Shown here one piece after another: positions 48,033 through 56,500 of a stretch of DNA of 64,000 nt. How positions within the stretch are numbered: position 1 is the stretch's first letter; each line of letters opens with the position of its first letter. The translations under genes were made by a program, and so were the position numbers. The notes under the pieces were generated by a model. The model was not told where the DNA came from, ran no database searches, and worked only from the letters and a program-made list of their open reading frames with translations. Where the stretch lies: the IMG/VR virus record IMGVR_UViG_3300024262_000013. The stretch is one strand, 5' to 3'. The stretch is from a virus. Lineage: Duplodnaviria; Caudoviricetes.

Positions 48033-49313
48033 ATGAGCAGACTAATTGATAGTGTCTATAAAGACATTCGTTATGTAATAAAAAGAAGTGGTGATAAGGT
48101 AGTATTTAAATCTGAAAAGATTGAAACCGCCATATTAAACGCAATGAAAAGTATTGGGGAGGTAGATTCTGAAATGGCGGAAAAAATAGCCAGACTAACA
48201 ACTAAAAGTCTTTTCAGGGGAAATAAAGATAATATACCTAATGTGGATGAAATTCACGATATGGTTGAAAATAAATTAATGGATAATGGATTAAATTATG
48301 TTGCAAAAGAATACATTATTTATCGAGCTAAAAACCAACCTAATATCTTTTCAAAAAGAATTAATCTTAAACCTTATGAGTACCCAAACCTAAATGAGTA
48401 TGTTGACGCAATTAGACATTCATATTGGGTACATACGGAGTTTAACTACACGTCTGATATACAAGACTATAAAGTACATTTAAATGAAAAAGAGAAATCT
48501 GCAGTTGAAAGAGCAATGTTAGCTATTTCACAGATTGAAGTTGCGGTAAAGTCATTTTGGGGTGACATTTATAAAAGAATGCCAAAACCTGAGATTGGTA
48601 ATGTTGGAGCAACATTTGCGGAGTCAGAAGTTAGACATGCGGATGCTTACTCACACTTAATTCAACTATTAGGGTTAAATAATGAATTTGAAAATCTATT
48701 AGAGGTACCACAAGTAAGACGAAGAATTAAATATTTAGAAAAGGCTCTCTCAAACTCTAAATCTGTAGACAATAAAGACTATTTTGAATCTATTGTATTA
48801 TTCTCAATGTTTGTTGAAAATGTGTCACTATTTTCACAATTTTTAGTTATTATGTCATTTAATAAACATAAAAACAAATTAAAAGGTATTAGTAATGCCG
48901 TTGAAGCAACATCTAAAGAAGAGAATATACATGCTGAGTTTGGTTTTGATTTAATAAATTTAATTAAGAAAGAAAACCCAAATTGGTGGACACCACAATT
49001 AGTTGAAGATTTAGTATTATCTACAAGAGAAGCGTATGACGCTGAGGTAGATATAGTTAATTGGATATTTGAAAAGGGGGACCTTGACTTTTTAACTAAA
49101 AATCAAACCATGGAGTTTATTAAGAATAGATTTAATGTATCCTTAAACTCTATTGGTATAGATAGTATTTTCGATATCAATGAGACATTATTGGAAACCA
49201 CAGAATGGTTTGACGATGAAATTTTAACCACAAAACATACTGATTTCTTTAATAAAAGAAGTATTAACTACAGTAAGAAATCAAAATCGATAACATCTAA
49301 CGATTTATTTTAA
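48033..49313 (+). CDS. nrdB: Ribonucleotide reductase small subunit with N-terminal ATP-cone (NrdBi/class Id-like)
   Basis: VIKRSGDKVVFKSEKI...VDEIHDMVENKLM (ATP-cone); QIEVAVK, ESEVRHADAY, VENVSLFSQF, KEENIH, DFFNKR. Confidence 0.92.
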   Translation: MSRLIDSVYKDIRYVIKRSGDKVVFKSEKIETAILNAMKSIGEVDSEMAEKIARLTTKSLFRGNKDNIPNVDEIHDMVENKLMDNGLNYVAKEYIIYRAKNQPNIFSKRINLKPYEYPNLNEYVDAIRHSYWVHTEFNYTSDIQDYKVHLNEKEKSAVERAMLAISQIEVAVKSFWGDIYKRMPKPEIGNVGATFAESEVRHADAYSHLIQLLGLNNEFENLLEVPQVRRRIKYLEKALSNSKSVDNKDYFESIVLFSMFVENVSLFSQFLVIMSFNKHKNKLKGISNAVEATSKEENIHAEFGFDLINLIKKENPNWWTPQLVEDLVLSTREAYDAEVDIVNWIFEKGDLDFLTKNQTMEFIKNRFNVSLNSIGIDSIFDINETLLETTEWFDDEILTTKHTDFFNKRSINYSKKSKSITSNDLF

Positions 49314-49338
49314 AACAAAATAATAATAAAAAAATAAT

Positions 49339-51045
49339 ATGAAAAATAGAAAACCTTTTAATTGGATTAATGAAGAATCAATAACGTTTCTTCGTAGAGG
49401 TTATTTAAGTGAGGGTGAAGAACCTTTAGATAGAATAAAAACAATTGCTAAACACGCGGAAAAACTTTTAGATAAAGAAGGGTTTGCTGATAAATTTTAC
49501 GAATATATGAGTAAAGGGTGGTATTCATTATCGTCACCAGTATGGGCAAACTTCGGTAAAGAAAGAGGATTACCTGTCAGTTGTTTTGGTTCTAATGTGA
49601 GTGATAACATTGAATCAATTCTTTTCACACAAGCCGAAGTTGGTGAGATGAGTAAAATGGGGGGTGGAACTTCAGGTTACTTTGGTAACCTTCGTGGTCG
49701 TGGAGCCAAAATAACAGATAACGGACATGCTCCTGGAGCGGTTCACTTCATGAATCTTTTTCAAAGTGTGGTGGATAATATTTCACAAGGAGCGACACGT
49801 AGGGGTCGTTTCTCACCCTACTTACCTGTTGAACATCCAGACATTATGGAGTTCTTAGAAATAGGTACTGAAGGGGCATCAATTCAAGATTTAACACATG
49901 CAGTTACTGTGACTGATAAGTTTATGGAAGAAATGATTGCTGGTGATGACGACAAAAGAAAGATATGGGCTAAAGTTATTCAAAGACGAGGTGAGATTGG
50001 TTATCCATATATTATGTTTCATGACACAATGAATAATAATGCACCTGAAGTTTATCGTGATAAAGGAGCTAAAATTTATAACTCTAACCTTTGTTCTGAA
50101 ATAGCATTACATAATTCAGATGACGAATCATTTGTTTGTGTTTTATCTTCTATGAATGTACTTCATTATGATGAATGGAAAGACACTGATGCGGTTGAGA
50201 CTATGGTCTATTTCTTAGACTCAGTAGTTACGGACTATTGTAATAAGTTAGAAGAATTAAGAGACAATGGAACAAGGGAAGGTCGAATGGCGTTTTTCTA
50301 TATGGAAAAAGCTTATAATTTTGCTAAAAGACAAAGAGCACTTGGATTAGGTGTATTGGGTTGGCATTCACTACTCCAATCAAAAGGGTTACCGTTCGAT
50401 ACAAAAGAAACTGCAAAATTAAATGTTGAGGTGTTTAAAACTATTAAAGATAAATCATATCAAGCATCTGAAGAACTTGCTAAAATATTTGGTGAACCTG
50501 AATATTTGAAAGGTTATGGTCGAAGAAATGTAACACTTAATGCTATCGCACCTACGACATCATCGGCGTTTATTCTTGGTCAAGTTTCACAATCAATTGA
50601 ACCTATATGGTCAAATTGTTATGTGAAAGATGTTGCTAAGATGAAAATCACAATTAAAAACCCAGTACTTAAAGAATTATTAAATACTATGGGTAAAGAT
50701 AATAAAGACGTTTGGGATACCATAAAAAAAGCGGATGGTTCAGTTCAACATTTAAATTTCTTAACTGATAATCAAAAAGACGTATTTAGAACATTTGCAG
50801 AAATTAACCAATCATCAATTATTAACCAAGCAGCTATTAGACAAGACTATATTGACCAATCACAATCATTAAATTTAATGATTTCACCTGAAATGCCAAC
50901 TAAAGACGTTAATAAGTTACTTATTGACTCATGGAAGTTAGGGGTAAAAACACTATATTATCAACACTCAATGAATTCTGCACAGGCATTCGCAAGAAAA
51001 AAGTTGAAACTTAATGATTTACAATGTGTTGCGTGTGAGGGGTAA
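49339..51045 (+). CDS. nrdA: Ribonucleotide reductase large subunit, no ATP-cone
   Basis: PVSCF, GGGTS, SNLCSEI, FVCVLSS, LGLGVLG, IAPTTSS, SQSIEP, DQSQSLN, KTLYY, C-terminal CVACEG. Confidence 0.95.
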   Translation: MKNRKPFNWINEESITFLRRGYLSEGEEPLDRIKTIAKHAEKLLDKEGFADKFYEYMSKGWYSLSSPVWANFGKERGLPVSCFGSNVSDNIESILFTQAEVGEMSKMGGGTSGYFGNLRGRGAKITDNGHAPGAVHFMNLFQSVVDNISQGATRRGRFSPYLPVEHPDIMEFLEIGTEGASIQDLTHAVTVTDKFMEEMIAGDDDKRKIWAKVIQRRGEIGYPYIMFHDTMNNNAPEVYRDKGAKIYNSNLCSEIALHNSDDESFVCVLSSMNVLHYDEWKDTDAVETMVYFLDSVVTDYCNKLEELRDNGTREGRMAFFYMEKAYNFAKRQRALGLGVLGWHSLLQSKGLPFDTKETAKLNVEVFKTIKDKSYQASEELAKIFGEPEYLKGYGRRNVTLNAIAPTTSSAFILGQVSQSIEPIWSNCYVKDVAKMKITIKNPVLKELLNTMGKDNKDVWDTIKKADGSVQHLNFLTDNQKDVFRTFAEINQSSIINQAAIRQDYIDQSQSLNLMISPEMPTKDVNKLLIDSWKLGVKTLYYQHSMNSAQAFARKKLKLNDLQCVACEG

Positions 51046-51068
51046 GAGGTAGAAATCAAGTATATTAT

Positions 51069-51100
51069 GAAAAAAGGTTAGATTCGTCTAACCTTTTTTC
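51069..51100 (+). terminator. Rho-independent (bidirectional-looking) terminator after nrdA
   Basis: GAAAAAAGGTTAGA-TTCG-TCTAACCTTTTTTC perfect 14-bp inverted repeat. Confidence 0.85.
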
Positions 51101-51143
51101 TTTTATATTTAAATAAAATAATCTGTGATTATATTTATGAAAT

Positions 51144-51605
51144 ATGGCAGACGGTAAAACATACGGAGTATTTTTCCCATTTAGAGATAGTTTACAAGGG
51201 GACTACCTTAGATTGACGCGCACATCGAACGAAGAGATTAGGGCAGACTTACTACATCTGATATTAACTAGAAGAGGTAGTAGATATTACTTACCTGATT
51301 TTGGTACCCGTATTTATGAATTTATTTTTGAACCAATGGATGGTCCAACATTTGATGCTATCAAAGCGGATGTTAGAGAAGCGGTCGATAAATATATTCC
51401 TAACTTACAAATAAATGAAATATCGATAGAACCATATCTCGATGCCGAACCTTTAGCGGGTGAAATAAATTATGATGAACTAGGAGGTCAAATCTATAGG
51501 ATAGCAGGACAAGGTACTGAGGAGTACACTGCAAAGCTAAGAATTGACTATACTATCGTTAATGGTACGTTTTCATCTAAAGATTTTGTTATCATTAATA
51601 TTTAA
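51144..51605 (+). CDS. Baseplate wedge / sheath initiator (gp25-like)
   Basis: IRADLLHLILTRRGSRYYLPDFGTRIYEFIFEP. Confidence 0.9.
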   Translation: MADGKTYGVFFPFRDSLQGDYLRLTRTSNEEIRADLLHLILTRRGSRYYLPDFGTRIYEFIFEPMDGPTFDAIKADVREAVDKYIPNLQINEISIEPYLDAEPLAGEINYDELGGQIYRIAGQGTEEYTAKLRIDYTIVNGTFSSKDFVIINI

Positions 51606-51611
51606 TAGTAT

Positions 51612-53450
51612 ATGGCTAACCGTAAGATATCGTACACAGACAGAGATTTTCAATCCTTAAGACAGGAATTGATTAATTACACACAACAGTATTACCCCGA
51701 ATTAATTGGTAATTTTAATGATGCATCCATTTATTCGGTGTTTATGGATTTAAATGCCGCTATCGGAGATAATCTACATTACCACATGGACCGTAGTATT
51801 CAGGAGACGGTTTTACAATACGCGCAACAAAAATCATCGATATATAATATAGCTAGAACCTATGGATTAAAAATACCGGGTAATAGACCGTCAATAGCTT
51901 TAATTGATGTTTCCATTACCGTACCGGCTTTAGGTGACCAAGAAGATGAAAGATATCTAGGTAATATGAGAGCGGGGTCACAATTTGTGGGTGGAGGTCA
52001 AGTTTTTGAGAACCCTAATGATATTGATTTTAGTTCACAATATAATAGTGAAGGGTACCCTAATCGTACTAAAATACCAAATTTTGATGCAAATAACCGA
52101 TTAATTAATTATACTATGACTAAACGAGAGGTTGTGGTTAATGGGTTAACTAAGACGTTTAAAAAAATTATCAATAATAATGATGTTAGACCATTCTATG
52201 AATTTTTCTTACCAGAAAAAAATGTTATTAGTATAACATCCATAATACAAAAGGATGGTACAAATTATCAATCACCACCAACATATGATGAGTTTATTAA
52301 TGCCCCTAATAGGTGGTATGAAGTTGATGCACTTGCCGAGTCTAAAATTTTCATTGAAGACCCAACAAAACCCGCTGACCAACCAGGGATTAAAGTTGGT
52401 AAATACATTGAGACTGAAACACGATTTGTTTCTGAGTACACACCTGAAGGGTATTGTAAGATAAATTTTGGTGGAGGTACAACAACACCTGAAGAACAAT
52501 TACAAGAGTTTACTAGAACGGGGATACCATTAAGAATACAGGATTATCAAAATAATATTGGATTAGGAGTTACGGTAAGGGCTAACACTACTTTATTTGT
52601 TCAGTATCGAATTGGTGGAGGTAAATCGTCTAATGTTGGTGTTAACGTAATAACTCAATTTGGGACAACATATTTTGATGTAAATGGACCATCTAGTCCA
52701 ATTAGTCAGAATGTTAGTGAAAGTTTAAGGGTAACCAATGTAACCGCGGCTATCGGAGGTGGAGACTTACCAACTACTGAGGAAGTAAGAAATATGGTTT
52801 CGTTTAATTTTGGAGCACAAAAAAGAGCAGTTACCGTTAATGATTATAACTCATTAGTTAGAACAATGCCAAGTAGGTATGGGGCGCCAGCTAAGGCGGC
52901 AATTACCGAAGAAGATAATAAAATTAAGATTGAGATATTATCCTATGACACTCAAGGAAAACTAACGGAGTCAATCTCTAATACATTAAAACAAAATATA
53001 GCAAACTACTTATCGCATTATAGAATGATAAATGATTACATATCTATATCTAGCGCTAATGTGGTTGATTTAGAATTTGAACTTTCAGTAGTTATGGATT
53101 CAACACAAAACCAGGGGCAAATTATTACAAGTATTATTAATTCGGTAGATAGTTATTTCTCACCACAAAAACAACAATTAGGGTTTAATGTAAATGTTTC
53201 TGATGTTAGACGAATTGTGCAAGATATACCTGGTGTCATATCTCTTTCAGATTTAAAAGTTTTTAATAAAGTAGGTGGTAGATACTCTAACTCTCAAACA
53301 TCTCAAAAATATTCGGACAGTCAAACCAAACAGATAAAGTTAATTGATGATACGATATTCGCTCAACCAAATCAGGTTTATCAAATAAGATTTCCTAATA
53401 CGGATATTAAAGTGAGAGCTAAGTCACTTAAAAATGTCGACTTCTCTTAA
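51612..53450 (+). CDS. Baseplate wedge protein (T4 gp6-like)
   Basis: YTDRDFQSLRQELINY...DLNAAIGDNLHYHMD; AAIGGGD...EEVR; QKRAVTVNDY. Confidence 0.88.
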   Translation: MANRKISYTDRDFQSLRQELINYTQQYYPELIGNFNDASIYSVFMDLNAAIGDNLHYHMDRSIQETVLQYAQQKSSIYNIARTYGLKIPGNRPSIALIDVSITVPALGDQEDERYLGNMRAGSQFVGGGQVFENPNDIDFSSQYNSEGYPNRTKIPNFDANNRLINYTMTKREVVVNGLTKTFKKIINNNDVRPFYEFFLPEKNVISITSIIQKDGTNYQSPPTYDEFINAPNRWYEVDALAESKIFIEDPTKPADQPGIKVGKYIETETRFVSEYTPEGYCKINFGGGTTTPEEQLQEFTRTGIPLRIQDYQNNIGLGVTVRANTTLFVQYRIGGGKSSNVGVNVITQFGTTYFDVNGPSSPISQNVSESLRVTNVTAAIGGGDLPTTEEVRNMVSFNFGAQKRAVTVNDYNSLVRTMPSRYGAPAKAAITEEDNKIKIEILSYDTQGKLTESISNTLKQNIANYLSHYRMINDYISISSANVVDLEFELSVVMDSTQNQGQIITSIINSVDSYFSPQKQQLGFNVNVSDVRRIVQDIPGVISLSDLKVFNKVGGRYSNSQTSQKYSDSQTKQIKLIDDTIFAQPNQVYQIRFPNTDIKVRAKSLKNVDFS

Positions 53451-53521
53451 ATCTATCCATATACTTTTGACAAAATCAAATTAAAATTAGGATGAATAAC
53501 TATTTATCTTAAAAACTAATT

Positions 53522-56500
53522 ATGCCGAAATCAATTAGATTAAGAACACAACCTGGCGTCGATAGAAACATTAATGTTAAAATCGACCAAGATTTTGATT
53601 CTTTAGAAATTTTGTCTTTAAAATTAAGACAAGAAGACCTCTACACACAGTTCTGCGCTGACTATGGTGTGGTAGTTGGTCGTGTGATAGCTAATAATGG
53701 TTTAGGTATACCTAACGCCCACATCTCAATTTTTATACCGTTAGACGCTGTCGATGAGGTTGACCCAATTATATCGACCTTATATCCTTATAAATCACCT
53801 ACAACTAAAAATGAAGATGGTTATAGATATAATTTATTACCATATGAGGATGAATATTACGGACATAACGCCACAGGTACTTTTCCTACTGTTGATGATA
53901 TTTTAACACGTAAAGAAGTATTACAAGTATATGAAAAATATTATAAGTACTCAGTAAGAACTAATGAGTCTGGTGACTTTATGATTGTTGGTGTACCATT
54001 AGGTAGTCAAAAAATTGTTATGGATTTAGATTTATCTAATATGGGTGAATTTTCACTTCGACCTTCTGACCTAATAAGAATGGGTCGAGGGGTACCATCA
54101 CAATTTAACGGTCAATTATTTAAAGATTCAGAAGATATTTCTTCATTACCTCAAATAATGACTGAGATAAAAGACATTGATGTTGGGTCGTTTTGGGGTC
54201 AAGACGATATGTGTGATGTTGGTATTACAAGAGTTGATTTTGATTTAAGTGACCAAGGAGTTGAAATAACACCACATTCAACATTCATGGGTTCAGTATT
54301 TTCTTCAAATGATGGTGACTATATTAAGGCAACATGTAAACCTAAAAAAGATACCGGTAATTTATGTGACACAGTTGCGGGTCCTGGTGAAATTTTAGCG
54401 ATAAGACACACAATTCAAGAAGATGAAAATGGAGACCCAGTACTTGAACAATACCAATTAGAAGATGGTGGTAATGTCATAGATGATAATGGTACTTGGT
54501 TAATTGACATACCAATGAACCTGGAATATATGACCACCAACGAATTTGGTGAGAGAGTGATATCTATCGACCCCACTATTGGTGTCGCAACTAAATCAAA
54601 ATATAGGTTTAAAATTAAATGGCAAAATGAGGCGGGACTACAAACTCAAATTATGAGAGCCAATTATCTTATACCTAACATTAAAGAACATTGGTCACAA
54701 ACTCCTGAGTCAGGACAAAACCCCGCATCTATAGGTAATTCAGGTGGAGTAGACTTAAATAAATCTTATTCTTTTTCACTGGATTGGAATGATTATTACG
54801 ATAAAGATGCCGCAATAAAATGTGAGGATACGTTTTATTTATTTGGTTATAATAAAGTTTATACAACAGGGGCACATATAGACCGTTGGAAATATGGTCT
54901 CAGCCGGGCATCCCATTATGGTATAAAAGAAATACTTGATAAGTCCTGTATGAGTGAAAACAATCGTTTTCCTATGAATGACGGTCAAAGAAATTTTGAT
55001 TTTCTATTTTTCTTATTTAATATATTAATTGGTGTTATTACTCCTACTATTTTTGTTATTATACCGATAATGCATGTTTTAGCATTATTATACCCGATAT
55101 TTAGAATTATTATTAATATAATTCTTTGGATTGTCAATAAGTTAGTTTATGCGATTTGTAAGGTTGTTGCTTTCTTAAGTCGTAAGTTAAAAAAGAGTGA
55201 TTGTAAAAAAGAAACTATAAAACCACTATCGAAGGATAACCCATTTAAAAGGTTAACTCTTCCTATGATTACTTACCCCGATTGTGAGGCTTGTTCTTGT
55301 CAAGATACTCAAATGGCTCCAGCTGAAAGTGAAACTATTGATGATATGGATATTTTATTGGCGAATAATAACGAAAGTAATTTAGCCGATTTCGTAAGTA
55401 TTGGTGCGTATAATGATATTACCTGTTATGGTAATAATCTGGATGATGAATGTTTTGCGTGTTATAACGGTAATGATAATACTTCATTAGCTACACAATA
55501 CAACGGGGTTATGTTTTCAGGTTACGACCCTGAAGTACCTCCGACTTCACCATATATCACACCACCTAATAGTTGGTATAAAACTCCGTATAGTTTAGAA
55601 GAGGCCAGTCAGCAACATACCGTATTTAATACCTCAGTACCTCAATCATTAAACTTAATGAGTCAAAGGGAAAGGTATTTTAATACTTTAAGTTCAGGTT
55701 CTGCAAACGACTTACCTAACCGTATGAGAGTTGATGTGTTAAATAACCAATTTTCAACAAATGGTACACCTCAAACTGTACCATCCAATGGATTTAATCG
55801 ATATGAAGATATGCCACTTATAACTGTTATGGATGGTAATGTTGATATGGACAATGGTCAGTTATTAACATTTGTGGATGGTGAACTAGTTCCTGACCTT
55901 AACGTAAATAATACTGGATTAACTATTAATCAATATGGGTCACAATCCATTACAGGTACTATGGTTAGTAACCTCACCAATTATGTTCAACGACCTTGTA
56001 CATATATTAAACCAGATGGAACTGAAGTAACTTCACTATTAGATTTATATTCTCCGGTATCCGGAGCCTCATATACTTTTAAATCAGGTATTGAGTACTA
56101 TCAAGTAATCGGTAGTATGAGTATATCTGAAATTAGAACTTACTTTTCTGGCACTACCGCGAATTATCAAGATAAATCCATACTATGGAATTATTTTGTA
56201 GATAAACATACTGAATATTTTTGTACTGGGTTTCAGTTGGGTGCTGTTGATGTAGTAACCAGTAAATTGGCTTTAGATTATTTTGACGACTCAGACAACT
56301 TAAAAGTTTATTTCATTGCAAGGGGAGTGGACCCTTATTCTCCGAGACAAACATTAAGTTATGATGTCTCAAAAATATTTGGTGAGACTAGTTATGGGAA
56401 TGACCCTAATTATGTTTTTACAGGTGAATATTACCCAAATATTCCAATACAAAAAACAACAGGGACTTCGGATATTTTTACACCTAAACCCCATTATCCG

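Noticed and set aside
12409-51045. Inteins or group I introns in PolB, DnaB, RecA-like, SNF2 or RNR genes
   Set aside because: Lengths are normal, motifs are contiguous, and no intein termini or LAGLIDADG/HNH inserts were seen.
22508-53450. Bacterial contractile injection system/tailocin or eukaryotic giant virus as the source
   Set aside because: Sheath, tube and wedge genes co-occur with neck proteins and a complete phage replication set, and there are no host housekeeping operons or NCLDV markers.
53467-53493. TTGACA upstream of the 1680-aa gene
   Set aside because: No acceptable -10 or -7 element at the proper spacing; the TATTTATC box at 53501 explains the region better.
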